Positions 38,128 to 49,053 are shown, numbered from the stretch's first letter. The stretch: DNA of 64,000 bases from a virus (IMGVR_UViG_3300021399_000126:1-64000); one strand, 5' to 3'. A program made the numbers and translations. The notes: a model not told the origin generated them from the letters alone.

Positions 38128-40397
38128 ATTTTTTCTCCATTTTATTAATTGCATCAAGAACTTTGTCACGTCCGTACAAGTCTATAAGTTCTACTAATGA
38201 AAAATAAAGCCACTTCATATAGTCCATTTCGTCATAAAATTGTTTTGACAATTATTTAATCCTCCGTTATAATCTGCTTAATATTGACAAAATGCAATTT
38301 ACCATTTTCGTCTTTAGCTACAACACTATTTGTCTGATGCTCGTCAATGAAATCGATAGTACATTTACCATAATTAGTAGTAAATATAATATCACCTTCT
38401 TTAAACTGAGCTAATTTTTGTTCATCATTTTTAATTTTTTGCAGCTTCCTTCTCATCTTATCTCCTAACAATTTCAAATCCCAAAACCATTTGTCTTGAA
38501 ATTACTACATCTCGACTTAAAGTATAGAATTCATAAGTCATATCTCCTGGGAAGAATATATTGTCATATACATCTTTTAAAGTCATAGTAGTACCATTAG
38601 CCAAATGGATTATAACATCATAAAACTCCCTATCTAAAGTCTCATTAACAATTTTTGTAGGAGCATTAAATATTTCATTTAGAATCCGATGCTTTCCCAT
38701 CTTTTCTCCTTTTCAAAACTCTAACAAAATCACTCCATAGAGCATCACAGAATTTCTTAAGGTTTGCTGTCTCCTCATCTTTTTCAAATTTTCCCATACT
38801 CCAACAAGCGTAAGCAACACCTGCTCTAAAACCTTGTTCAAGTATATCCTGTTCATTTTTGCTTTTATTTACATGATTATTTGCCATATTTTTACCTCTT
38901 TAAATTTCTATACATTGCTGTGTCTTTAATAAGATCCCATCTCTCGTCTTTTGTTAATGAGAACCAAATATTTAAAAGTGTGTAGAATTCGCTTACAGAT
39001 ATTTGACGTTTTCTCAAATAAGCTACAAACTCATCTCTATTCATTGTATTTTTCATTTTTATGGTCCCTCCGGGACTAAGATTTGCAATATTTTATTTGT
39101 ACATAGGCTTTTACTGGCTCGACACATATTCCTTTAAATTCATGACTAGGATATATTTCATTATCAGTTAAATTGACATAAACAATATCTGAACCTACAA
39201 AGACCATTGATAATGCCATTTTTGTTTTTAAATAAATATGATTATTATATCTAAAGCACTCACCTATATTTAAGTCATCAGTATAAATCAATCTTTTACT
39301 AATTAAATCATCTTTAATTTCCATTAAAATTTCCTCCTTATATCTTCCCATTCCTTATATATTCGGATGTTACGGTCAATGTACTCTTGGGCATCTGTCA
39401 TTGCTTGCTCAGTTGCCATATCTTGAGAGAGTATCCCTTTTGGATCTGGTATAAACACTTGCATCCATTTATTTAACTCACGAATACGTCTACCAAGCCA
39501 AGATTTTGGTATAGGTGCATACACATACTTGGTCAAATATAATGGGTATTCCTTTAGCCAACGCCTATCATATGGATCAAGAACTTCTGTTGTGTCAAAC
39601 ACTATTTCATGACACATTATCGTGTCTTCGTCCTTTTGAATTTTATTGGCTATTGCTGTAAGCTTTGTCATATATTCATTAGCAGCTAGGATGTAATTCT
39701 GTTGATCTTCTTTTGAAAGAACGTCAAAATTTAAATTGACAAATAGATCCAATCCAGGTAACTTTTCTGTTTTTTCGTACATCTCTCTTACCTCATTGTC
39801 CATTTTTTGACATCTCCTCTATTAATAAACGTACGTACAACGGTTTTAATCTAGTAGCAAATTCCTGAATTGCTACTCCATACTCTGCCATATAATCTAT
39901 ACCTAAAATATTTACAGCATCCTCTGCATTTGCTTCAAAAAAGTGATGAATAGCCTCCATCATATCAGGAATAGCTAACATATCTTTAGCGAAATCAGAT
40001 TCTTTGAAATCTTTTGCCATAACCATATTATTTAGTAAATTTAATTTCTTAGCTGCTTCTTGATCTGTGAATGCTTTACGCTTTAAATTTAAAATATCAT
40101 TGGCTGCTTTATTTATTTTTGAATTTTCATTTGACTTATCTTTTACATCATTCATTAACTCATCTAAAATCTCATCTACGATATTATCATCGTCCATTTT
40201 TATTATGCCTCCGTTTTCTATTTCGATCAACTGACTTACGTATCCAATCTCGTTCGTCTTTTGCTTCCTTTCTTTTATTGTATTCTGTTTCTTTTTTCTT
40301 TTTAAATTCCAAATATAATGGACATTGATCGTGATATGATCCACATCCTTTTCTATCACAATTGACACATGGAGCTTTCATATAAATATAGTCCTCT

Positions 40398-40862
40398 TTA
40401 TACATAAAATAAAGCTAGATCATTTATAGCTTTCATTTCTTCCTCAGTTATTCCACCACAATCATATTTTTCGTCAAGATTGTAAAGGCATTGCCAAAAA
40501 TATCTATCATTATGCCAATTCCAAAATAACAATTCATATGACACATAATCTTTATAATTCTTATTGATTTTTTCGATGAATTCATCAAATTTCTTTTTGG
40601 CAGTGATCGTGGTGCTAAATCCTCTTTTACACATTTCATCTAGCACCAATTCTGAATATGTGTAAAAGTGTGAAATCGGATAATCCATAATCTTATTTAC
40701 AAGAATATGGTTTGGGGTGCCTATCATAGCTATGTTGCGTGCTATAGTACAGCAATCTTGCCATTGAAATATCAATCTTTGAGATGGCAATGCATGAATT
40801 AAATCTTTATGCCAAAGTCTTAATTCACCTCTTTGCGATAATGTATTATCTAATCTTTCCAT
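40398..40862 (-). CDS. Pyrimidine-dimer DNA glycosylase / endonuclease V-like protein
   Basis: RLWHKDLI..LP.Q.L..QW..CC, NHILVN, EM.KRG and WHNDRY..QC..NL.EK. Confidence 0.7.
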   Translation of the reverse strand: MERLDNTLSQRGELRLWHKDLIHALPSQRLIFQWQDCCTIARNIAMIGTPNHILVNKIMDYPISHFYTYSELVLDEMCKRGFSTTITAKKKFDEFIEKINKNYKDYVSYELLFWNWHNDRYFWQCLYNLDEKYDCGGITEEEMKAINDLALFYV

Positions 40863-40875
40863 TATTATTTCTCCA

Positions 40876-40918
40876 TAAAAACTAAAGAGTAGACCTATAT
40901 TTCAAGATCTACTCTTTA
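40876..40918 (-). terminator. Cassette-end hairpin
   Basis: UAAAGAGUAGAUC-loop-GGUCUACUCUUUA followed by GUUUUU. Confidence 0.7.
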
Positions 40919-40924
40919 TTTGAA

Positions 40925-41140
40925 TCATGCATTCCTTGTAAAAGGATGGGCAAACATTTCTGACCATGCATCAGTAACAGCTGTGATCCAAGGTATACGT
41001 CTTCTCGTCCATATATTATGGATGAAATCAACCATCATCAGTACTCCTGTGATGGCAAATATCATTGTCCATATTATTATGTACATAAATGATATAATAC
41101 CTGATCCAACAGTTATTGCTACATTTTTTAAAGTTTTCAT
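40925..41140 (-). CDS. Small cassette membrane protein
   Basis: 71-aa hydrophobic ORF between promoter 41177 and hairpin 40876. Confidence 0.7.
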   Translation of the reverse strand: MKTLKNVAITVGSGIISFMYIIIWTMIFAITGVLMMVDFIHNIWTRRRIPWITAVTDAWSEMFAHPFTRNA

Positions 41141-41176
41141 GTTCTTATCCTCCTTTGAATACAGTTAACATGTTTC

Positions 41177-41201
41177 ATTATAGAAGGATTAAAATGTGCG
41201 A
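41177..41201 (-). promoter_or_regulatory. Phage promoter motif
   Basis: TCGCA-N14-TATAAT. Confidence 0.75.
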
Positions 41202-41470
41202 AATATAATTAAGATGGATTATTCGACCCATAATCAGATGGACTATGCTTCTTTTCTTCATCCGTATAACTCTTAGACAATGTTGTTTGAACTAATTTAA
41301 GAGATGTTGTCGGATTGAAGAACACAAGCCCAGCAAATAGCAAGCACCAAGGTGTTTTAAAGTATATGACAGTAAGATATGCGAAACATAATACTGCCAA
41401 ACACCAAATAAGTCTGAATAAACCGGTGAAAATATAATATTTAACCATACACCAGTTGTCGAATGATGCG

Positions 41471-42250
41471 TTATTCATATATTGCCTCCTTCTTCTTTCT
41501 ACCTGGAGTTTTCTTAACCTTTACACTATTTAGCATAGCCTTATCTTGCTTTTCTTCAGCGATATTGTTATGCTTTTTATACTTTGTCAGAAATTCATTG
41601 CTAAGATTTCTGCAATCCATCAACTTCCAGTCCAATCTGTTTGTGACCGGCACAACATAACTCTTATACTTTTTAACTAACTCAAATACCTCAGTATAAG
41701 TATCACAGAGTGTTGAAATATCTGTGTCATCAACTTCAAAATTCTCAATCTTCTTCTGAAGCTCATATCTTCCAGCAATAAGAGATTCAAGAAAAGCATG
41801 ATAATACGGATAAGAGTTTTTAAACTCCTCTTCTTCATATGCCGTTTCTACGAAGAATCTGGCATTTCCTGTAAAAGCTGATGTACCCTGCTGATTAGTC
41901 TTGTCAACACATGCAGCATACACATTAAGAACCCAGTCTATAACTGGCTCATCCCACTTTCCAAGCACAGCTAGTCCAGAATTTACATATATTAGATCTC
42001 TTACGAAATCTTCTGAAGGAGAAATGATTGAACACATGTAACTCTGACAAATATAATTAGGCTGATGTAAACATGGGTCATTGTTCATCATAACACGTAA
42101 CATACGCTCGTCGTTTGACAACGTTGGATCAAGCGACAGATCAGCCCACTGTGATACACTTTCTTTCTTGCTGATAATCTCTTTCGATTTTGCAGCATAT
42201 GTTTTTGCATCAATTCTCCAGCTCTTATTATTCTCAACTTTTTTAGCCAT
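41471..42250 (-). CDS. Hypothetical protein
   Basis: 259-aa ORF with a GGAGG RBS. Confidence 0.75.
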   Translation of the reverse strand: MAKKVENNKSWRIDAKTYAAKSKEIISKKESVSQWADLSLDPTLSNDERMLRVMMNNDPCLHQPNYICQSYMCSIISPSEDFVRDLIYVNSGLAVLGKWDEPVIDWVLNVYAACVDKTNQQGTSAFTGNARFFVETAYEEEEFKNSYPYYHAFLESLIAGRYELQKKIENFEVDDTDISTLCDTYTEVFELVKKYKSYVVPVTNRLDWKLMDCRNLSNEFLTKYKKHNNIAEEKQDKAMLNSVKVKKTPGRKKKEAIYE

Positions 42251-42251
42251 A

Positions 42252-43106
42252 TTAAGCCTCCTTCATCTTTGCATAAAGCGCAACAATAGATTCACTAATG
42301 TGACCTACTCCTTTTATTTTAGTTATAGCATTTAACCCGTTTTTCTGTAAAAAGAAATATAACTGGTTAATGTTATTTATACAATTCCTTACAAAACTGT
42401 TCACATACCTTGTTGCATAAGAATCATTTAATTTTGCTTCAGGGCATAGAAAATTTCTTAACATATTTATAGAACTAATACCAACCCCATTCGGATCTTT
42501 ATCAGATGGTACATCATTTGCAGTATTATAGATATCAGCAAATTTCTTCCGGTCAGAATCCTGTAAATCTTTTGGAAATTTAGAATATAATTTATTCCTT
42601 AATTCAGATTTAACAGACTGAGGATATAGTAATGTTTGATACATGTCAGGATCGTCAAATAGTGTTACAAAATCTGACATGGTTATAATACCCTTATCAT
42701 TAAGCATCTTAATAATCATTTTCTGAGAAGAAAGAGACCACCTCTTATTTATCTCAAATTTAAGATTCATATGAGATGCTCGTCTTTCGAGAAGTTTTAT
42801 GATATAATCATCACTACTTTTCTCAGCTTCTTTTTCACAGAACTCTTCAAAAGTAGGTTTCTTTTCGTCCGTACAACTCTTAGAAGAATTTTCTGAACGA
42901 TTTAAAACCTTGCCAGTGGTTACAGGACCAGAATCTTCAGAATCAACCTCATTAAAAGGATATTCTTTTTCCTCTGCATGATCAGAGAGATACTGTTCAC
43001 ACTTACCTCTTATAAGACCCAATTTAAAAGCATTCACAGTTGGGTCTCTGTCCAGCTTTGATATTTCCATTAAATCATTAACGAGCACTAAGTCTCCTTT
43101 AGTCAT
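42252..43106 (-). CDS. Hypothetical protein with a C-terminal HhH-like motif
   Basis: ITKIKGVGHIS segment. Confidence 0.6.
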   Translation of the reverse strand: MTKGDLVLVNDLMEISKLDRDPTVNAFKLGLIRGKCEQYLSDHAEEKEYPFNEVDSEDSGPVTTGKVLNRSENSSKSCTDEKKPTFEEFCEKEAEKSSDDYIIKLLERRASHMNLKFEINKRWSLSSQKMIIKMLNDKGIITMSDFVTLFDDPDMYQTLLYPQSVKSELRNKLYSKFPKDLQDSDRKKFADIYNTANDVPSDKDPNGVGISSINMLRNFLCPEAKLNDSYATRYVNSFVRNCINNINQLYFFLQKNGLNAITKIKGVGHISESIVALYAKMKEA

Positions 43107-44027
43107 ATTTGACCTCCCTATAATAAATTATTTGCAGCGCAATACTCCTCAATTGTGTACTGATGGTATTGTTCAATTTTTTCAACATTTTTAACTTTAA
43201 CAAAAAGGCCATCTTTTAAAATATAATATGGACTTTTTATAGTTTTATTGTATATAGCCGCTACCTGTTTATACGGCATCAGTCGACATTTCGTCTGCCA
43301 TCCCGGATTCTGACTCAGCGACATTATCGCTGCCCTCATGCTGTGCATTGGTGTCTTTTTCTTCATTTTCAACCTCCGAAAGATCCCAAGTTACACCGAA
43401 ATTGAGAATATTTTCATCAATATCATGTGCTGGGATGTACTTTTGGATCACTACTACTTCTCTAACTGCCAACGACTTTGTCACTATCTTGGCACTATTA
43501 TTTGCCATAGCTGTAAGCAAGGCCATGTAGTTCTCTTTTGCAAAGATCAATGCTTCAGTTAAACTAGGAAATACTATTGCATCCTTAGAATCATAAGAAA
43601 ATCTATAGCCTGTTGAGTCACTTGACTCTGAAACATAATAGAAATTCTTCTTTCCCTTAAATACACCGTTTACGCTAATTACAAATTTTGACATAGTTTT
43701 TTCTCCTTTTATTAAATAATATCTTCGTCAGTGATTTCGATGGGCAAACTAATATTTTTAGCTCCTTTCTGGCCCAAATATAATTTCACTGTATCTTTAT
43801 CTGGTTCTGCCCTAAGAACAATATCTTTAGAAACTCCCAATGCTTCTGAGAATTTTTCGGATATTATCTTTGTGTTTAGATGATGCGCTGCATCACAAGT
43901 AAATTTCAATACTAACATATTTCCTCCATAAAAAGCTAAGAGGAACCTTATTAGATTCCTCTTAACCAATTTGCCATGAATCGCCATGTGCTAACGCCGC
44001 TGTTTTGCCCACAGCAGTAAGAGCATT

Positions 44028-44189
44028 TTAATATTCTTCAGGAATTTTCAGATATTTTTTAACCGCAATTGTCGGAAGATGTAGCTTCGTTGCGATTTCA
44101 TACCATTCTAAATGTTCCTCGTAACGAAGTATATCAATCTCCTCTTTTTCTTTTTCGGTTAATACATAAATCTTAATTTTATTTCCCAT
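44028..44189 (-). CDS. 53-aa HTH protein (not in ORF track)
   Basis: MGNKIKIYVLTEKEKEEIDILRYEEHLEWYEIATKLHLPTIAVKKYL; sigma4/LuxR-like HTH pattern; SD immediately after the promoter. Confidence 0.65.
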   Translation of the reverse strand: MGNKIKIYVLTEKEKEEIDILRYEEHLEWYEIATKLHLPTIAVKKYLKIPEEY

Positions 44190-44203
44190 TTTAATCACCT
44201 CCT

Positions 44204-44228
44204 ATAATAGAAGGCTTAATATTTGCGA
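44204..44228 (-). promoter_or_regulatory. Phage promoter motif
   Basis: TCGCA-N14-TATTAT immediately followed by AGGAGGTG. Confidence 0.7.
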
Positions 44229-44786
44229 TTATTCATCTTCTGCATCTTCTTTACCAGAATTGATATGGAAGATATATGACTTACCATCTTCACTCATTGT
44301 AGCATTTTTAGTTAGACTGTTGCATATCGATCCAGCAGTGCGTCCTGTTATAGCCACATCTATTAATTTCAATCCGGCTATAATAATAGCACCAATACCA
44401 ACACCAGTTAATAAACCGTGAACCATGGGTGACTTTCTGTAAAGATCCATTGATACATCATAAGCACTTTTCTTCATATTTTATCTCCTTTTTTATGTTT
44501 AGAATGAAGTATTTGCGGGAAAATTAGCAATCTTAGGATCTATTTTTAAAGCATCACAAATATAACCCTTTAAATCTATAATACTAGCATATTTAAATTC
44601 TTTTCTTTTATATAAAAAATTGTCATCATATACATCACGAATTAAATATATTATTTGGTTGTCGTCACACAATTCAATTTTTGTTATAACACCCAATCTA
44701 TCTTTTACACATGTGTTAACAGCTCCATATGGATGATCGACAGTTATAATCACAATATCACCTACAGAATACATATTTATTTCCTC

Positions 44787-45590
44787 CTATGTAAATAATG
44801 GACAAGATATAATATTTCCCTTACTATCTCTTTTAGAACCTTTAGGATCGTTCCTAAAATCACTTTTCATTAGATAACATTTATTATAACTTGTCTTGCA
44901 GGTTGCACATAATGATACAAAAGTTTCTTTTTTCTTAGTTCTTGGCGCAGAATATAATTTTGTTACAGATTCACTCCTTTCTTTTTTAATAATTTCTAGA
45001 TGCTTTTGCCACTTTTTCTCACATTCTTCTGAACATCTAGAAATTTCATTAGGAATTTTACCTATTGGATAAATTTTGATTTGTTTCTTGTTACATACTG
45101 GACAAAATTCTATTCTTTGAACTTCTGTAGCTTTTGGTTTTGGCTTGATTTTTGGAATGCTATAAGTTTTATGCATATATACTTGTCGACATTCAGGTGA
45201 ACAAAATTGAGTTTGCCATCTGTCCGGATCTACTCCTTTTGCACCATTTATTGGCTTTAAACACTGCCTACAAAGCATATGTTTAGCTGACCACTTTTTT
45301 CTACATTCTACTGAACAAAAGAAATGAATATTATCAGGATCGTCGGATAAACCTTTTCCCATAATTACTAAATCTGGTGGTATCTTAAATGCTTTATTAC
45401 AGTTTGAACAAATGTAATCCTGTAACTTTGGTTGATAATAAATTCTTTTATTTCTATTTATTTCTTTAGCCATTTTGACCTTTAATCGATCAGAATTTGG
45501 TGAACATTCTGGACAATATTTCCTATTTGATCGATTTGCATCAAATGATTTACCGCATATCTCACATTCTTTTATCATAACGAACGACAC
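44787..45590 (-). CDS. Multi-CxxC zinc-binding protein (TRASH/MYM-like repeats)
   Basis: Repeated C..C and FCS..C motifs. Confidence 0.65.
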   Translation of the reverse strand: MSFVMIKECEICGKSFDANRSNRKYCPECSPNSDRLKVKMAKEINRNKRIYYQPKLQDYICSNCNKAFKIPPDLVIMGKGLSDDPDNIHFFCSVECRKKWSAKHMLCRQCLKPINGAKGVDPDRWQTQFCSPECRQVYMHKTYSIPKIKPKPKATEVQRIEFCPVCNKKQIKIYPIGKIPNEISRCSEECEKKWQKHLEIIKKERSESVTKLYSAPRTKKKETFVSLCATCKTSYNKCYLMKSDFRNDPKGSKRDSKGNIISCPLFT

Positions 45591-45872
45591 CTCTTACAAT
45601 GCTTCTTTATTCTCTCTAAATTTGCATTTATATGATTTAAAAGAGATTGTGTTTCTGGTGAATATAATTTGTCCAATTCTTCCTGTATTTCTTCCACCTG
45701 ATCATTTATATATCTGAAATTATAATCCAGAAATATAGCTTTTTCAGATTCATTTCTTAATTCTCTATCACCTTTAACGATTAATGCCAATTTGTCAAGT
45801 GGTACATTCATTGCCCAATCCATAGCTTGATCAAAAGAACAACCCGTCTTTTTTTCATAAATGTCAGCTGCT

Positions 45873-46358
45873 TCAATAGCCAGTTCTTTTATTTTTCCCA
45901 TTTTTACACCTTTCTTCATGATTATTTTCCCATCCGACGATATCTGTTTCATCAGTTTCCATAAGTAAATTATACTTTTTCCATATATCATATAATTTTG
46001 GCATCTGAATAGCTATCCAATCTACTAGTGGCTCATTTGAAGACCATGATGTTGGATCTAGATGAGATTGATTGCCTAATCCACATTCATATATAAAAGC
46101 ATGTGTTACCTCATGTCTCAAAGTATGTTTATAACGTTCATACCTTGTGTCAGGATATCTAGAGGCATATTTAAATTCATTTTGATCAGTAAGATCAGCT
46201 ATAATAATATTTTTAATATAAAAATCAGTATAACCGTTGCATGGGTGATCTGATAAAATGAAATCATCGGAAACCTTTTTTATTTTTACAGTATAATCAA
46301 TTCCTAAAATGTTTATTTTTTTAGGAACTTCGAATTCTTTTTCTTTAATTTTTCCCAT
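45873..46358 (-). CDS. HExxH metallopeptidase-like protein
   Basis: TLRHEVTHAFIYECGL...NE..VDWIAIQ.PK. Confidence 0.65.
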   Translation of the reverse strand: MGKIKEKEFEVPKKINILGIDYTVKIKKVSDDFILSDHPCNGYTDFYIKNIIIADLTDQNEFKYASRYPDTRYERYKHTLRHEVTHAFIYECGLGNQSHLDPTSWSSNEPLVDWIAIQMPKLYDIWKKYNLLMETDETDIVGWENNHEERCKNGKNKRTGY

Positions 46359-46517
46359 ATTTTCTCACCATTTTGACCTTTCATTTTTAAATTTAAAAGA
46401 CTTAGAGGAACCATATTCGATTCCTCTACGCCTAACAACTACAAGAAAGGAGGATGCGGAATGATAAAATATACCATTTTTGATATACTTTACCACTCTC
46501 ATCCATCTTTCCACATC

Positions 46518-46542
46518 ATAATAGGAGGAATATTTTTTGCGA
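46518..46542 (-). promoter_or_regulatory. Phage promoter motif
   Basis: TCGCA-N14-TATTAT. Confidence 0.65.
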
Positions 46543-46600
46543 AAGATAAAGAAAAATATGAAGGAAGCCATAAGACTTCCTTGTTTTTAATGAAAGTTAT

Positions 46601-46699
46601 TTAACTCTCACGTTTTGACTCGATATACTCGAGTGCCTTTTCACGGCTCTCGAATATAATACCATCAACAACGTATACTTCTCTCTCATTATTTTCCAT
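46601..46699 (-). CDS. 32-aa cassette peptide (not in ORF track)
   Basis: MENNEREVYVVDGIIFESREKALEYIESKRES; GGAGG RBS. Confidence 0.65.
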   Translation of the reverse strand: MENNEREVYVVDGIIFESREKALEYIESKRES

Positions 46700-46752
46700 T
46701 TTTTTATCCTCCATTTTCCTTCATATTACTGATAAGACACTATTATCTTATC

Positions 46753-46777
46753 ATTATAGGGGTAATAAATTTTGCGA
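46753..46777 (-). promoter_or_regulatory. Phage promoter motif
   Basis: TCGCA-N14-TATAAT plus the GATAAGAT-AATAGT-GTCTTATC hairpin. Confidence 0.75.
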
Positions 46778-46852
46778 AAGATAAAAGACTTAGAGAGACC
46801 ATAATTGATCTCTCTATTGTCTGTTACCCATAACCAATTCCTAACAAAGGAA

Positions 46853-47212
46853 TTAAGGCTTTCTGCACTGATTTGAAGGCGAGAACTTTGATCGTCCCAT
46901 TTCGATCTGAATCTCGTCGTCAGGATTCTGAGATCTGCGATATTGCACATTGTAATTTATCACTGGAACTATAACACCCCCGACAGCTGCCAATCCAGCT
47001 AAAACTGCTGCCCAGATCTTAGCTCTACTTTCAACTTTCGAGCTTTCAATCTTAGCAATAGCTTCATACTTTTGTGCCATCTGGATGCGAAGTTCCTTCT
47101 TTCGTTCTGGTGTGCAGTTTTCGCGCCACATTTCCTCTTCGTCCATTGCGACAAGATCCAATAAATCATCGGACATTGTTTTCTTCTTCTTAAACCAATC
47201 TTTTATTGCCAT
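46853..47212 (-). CDS. Cassette single-TM protein
   Basis: 119 aa; IWAAVLAGLAAVGGVIVPVI segment. Confidence 0.7.
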   Translation of the reverse strand: MAIKDWFKKKKTMSDDLLDLVAMDEEEMWRENCTPERKKELRIQMAQKYEAIAKIESSKVESRAKIWAAVLAGLAAVGGVIVPVINYNVQYRRSQNPDDEIQIEMGRSKFSPSNQCRKP

Positions 47213-47248
47213 TTTATTCTCCTTTCTAAAACGGTTAATAAGTTACCT

Positions 47249-47273
47249 ATTATATAAGCCATAATTTTAGCGA
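47249..47273 (-). promoter_or_regulatory. Phage promoter motif (variant)
   Basis: TCGCT-N14-TATAAT. Confidence 0.65.
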
Positions 47274-47326
47274 AAAGCCTAAAGAGGCCATAATGACCCC
47301 TTTTAGGTTTTATTGGGTTTCTTTTA

Positions 47327-47704
47327 TCACCACTCCCAAATTAAGGTGAACAGATCACAATATTTAACTACCAAATTTTGTAACGCACAATATATAACTG
47401 ATGGTTCACAATCTTCATTAGTATTTTCTGCTATATCGGCTGCTAAATCCTCCATAAAAGCTACTAAAGTATCGTCAGTTTCATTTGCAACTCTTTTTGC
47501 TAAATCATAGCATGTATCTCCATCCCTATAAAAACGATTCAATTCTTTCTCTCTACGTTTTTTAGTAATGCAGAGTAATACTATTTGTGCAGGAAGAGTT
47601 ATAAGATTCACTGCAATAACTAGTGGCCAGTACAAAATACCTGCCAATATAGTTAATACTACATTTCTAAGAATCATTCCAACATTGTACATAAAGTTTT
47701 TCAT
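47327..47704 (-). CDS. Cassette membrane protein
   Basis: Start MKNFMY after AAGGAGG. Confidence 0.7.
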   Translation of the reverse strand: MKNFMYNVGMILRNVVLTILAGILYWPLVIAVNLITLPAQIVLLCITKKRREKELNRFYRDGDTCYDLAKRVANETDDTLVAFMEDLAADIAENTNEDCEPSVIYCALQNLVVKYCDLFTLIWEW

Positions 47705-47746
47705 GTTACATTTCCTCCTTAATGTTAAACACAGCACTATTACTGT

Positions 47747-47771
47747 ATTATAGAAGGAATAAATTGTGCGA
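47747..47771 (-). promoter_or_regulatory. Phage promoter motif
   Basis: TCGCA-N14-TATAAT plus the ACAGT-AATAGT-GCTGT hairpin. Confidence 0.75.
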
Positions 47772-47816
47772 AAAGATTAGAGAGACCATAATTGATCTCT
47801 CTACATTCTAAATTTT

Positions 47817-47918
47817 TTAAATCGAAGATAATAGCCACATGCCTACTATAAATGCGACTATCGTTAGTAATCCTACTATATCTCGGATCACCTTCAATAT
47901 TTGTCTAATTGTAAACAT
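47817..47918 (-). CDS. 33-aa hydrophobic cassette peptide (not in ORF track)
   Basis: MFTIRQILKVIRDIVGLLTIVAFIVGMWLLSSI; AAGGAGG RBS. Confidence 0.65.
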   Translation of the reverse strand: MFTIRQILKVIRDIVGLLTIVAFIVGMWLLSSI

Positions 47919-47946
47919 ATTCTTTTTACCTCCTTATAATTAATCT

Positions 47947-47971
47947 ATTATAGAAGGAATATAATATGCGA
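47947..47971 (-). promoter_or_regulatory. Phage promoter motif (consensus copy)
   Basis: TCGCATATTATATTCCTTCTATAAT. Confidence 0.8.
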
Positions 47972-48015
47972 AAAACTCAAAGAGGCCATAATGACCTCTT
48001 CAAGTCTCTCCATAT

Positions 48016-48228
48016 TTAATTGTTCTTATTATTATAATGTAAAGTCATGCATCGAACATTATTCATATTATAAGCCACCCTCTGATGATCTAAATCATTC
48101 ACAAAAATGAAGCCATTATTAATTTCAATTACCCCTTTACCTTCAAGATATTTGAAACTTACATTTCCTTCACCTACGATGTGAATTTCACCTTCTCCAT
48201 CAAAGAAACTAATAAATAATTCTGTCAT
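48016..48228 (-). CDS. Small cassette gene
   Basis: 70-aa ORF. Confidence 0.7.
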   Translation of the reverse strand: MTELFISFFDGEGEIHIVGEGNVSFKYLEGKGVIEINNGFIFVNDLDHQRVAYNMNNVRCMTLHYNNKNN

Positions 48229-48268
48229 AGTACAGTCCTCCTTTATAATATAAGCGACACTATTGTCT

Positions 48269-48293
48269 ATTATAGAAGGAATAATTTTTGCGT
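48269..48293 (-). promoter_or_regulatory. Phage promoter motif
   Basis: ACGCA-N14-TATAAT plus the AGACAATAGTGTC hairpin. Confidence 0.75.
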
Positions 48294-48331
48294 GAAAAAA
48301 TTATAGAAGGGATGAAAACATTAGTTAATAG

Positions 48332-48481
48332 TTACTTTTGTAAACTAACTTGTTTTCTTGCTACATCAAGAGCTACTCGTTCAGCTCTCTTATTACCTTT
48401 AGTTCCTCGTCTAACGAGAATCTGCTGTGCTAAGATTTGAGCCTGACGCTCAAGATTTTCATCTTCAAGTCTTTTACTCAT
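48332..48481 (-). CDS. 49-aa basic cassette peptide
   Basis: Start reassigned to MSKRLEDE after GAGGT. Confidence 0.6.
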   Translation of the reverse strand: MSKRLEDENLERQAQILAQQILVRRGTKGNKRAERVALDVARKQVSLQK

Positions 48482-48509
48482 AATTACCTCACTTTCTATC
48501 CCTTCTATC

Positions 48510-48534
48510 ATTATACAAACAATAAATCTTGCGT
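48510..48534 (-). promoter_or_regulatory. Phage promoter motif with an abutting TTGTACGG box
   Basis: ACGCA-N14-TATAAT. Confidence 0.65.
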
Positions 48535-48611
48535 CCGTACAAGTTTTTATCCATTTTGAAAAAATTAAAGAAACCATAAAAAGAAGAGGAGCAATATGCT
48601 CCCCGACTTTA

Positions 48612-48932
48612 TTAGTCCTTGTAGTATAATATGTTATACGCTAATATATCGCCTGTATTGTTTGTAACTATTTGAAATTCAAATTCATTACAATCATATA
48701 CAAGACCATACATTTCTGTACCATCCTCATACTCAACTCCTATAAAGTCGATATTCTGCTCTTCTTCTTTATCGAGATACATTTCATAATTGAGTATCTC
48801 GGTATAATCCATTTCTTCATATTTAGTAACATATGCATCATCAACATTGTATACTTCAGTATCTTCTACCAAAGTCATCCCAACGAATGACATAAACATC
48901 TTTATTACCATTGTTAAAATAAATTTTACCAT
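48612..48932 (-). CDS. Acidic cassette protein
   Basis: 106 aa, very Glu/Asp/Tyr-rich. Confidence 0.65.
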   Translation of the reverse strand: MVKFILTMVIKMFMSFVGMTLVEDTEVYNVDDAYVTKYEEMDYTEILNYEMYLDKEEEQNIDFIGVEYEDGTEMYGLVYDCNEFEFQIVTNNTGDILAYNILYYKD

Positions 48933-48977
48933 AATTTTATCCTCTTTTCTATAAAATGTCGACAGCCAATTCTGTCT

Positions 48978-49002
48978 ATTAAAGAGGTAATAAATTTTGC
49001 GT
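48978..49002 (-). promoter_or_regulatory. Phage promoter motif
   Basis: ACGCA-N14-TTTAAT plus the GACAG-AATTGG-CTGTC hairpin. Confidence 0.7.
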
Positions 49003-49053
49003 ATTTTGAAAAAATTAAAGAAGCCTTATTTTCTAAAGCTTCTTAATTTTTTA

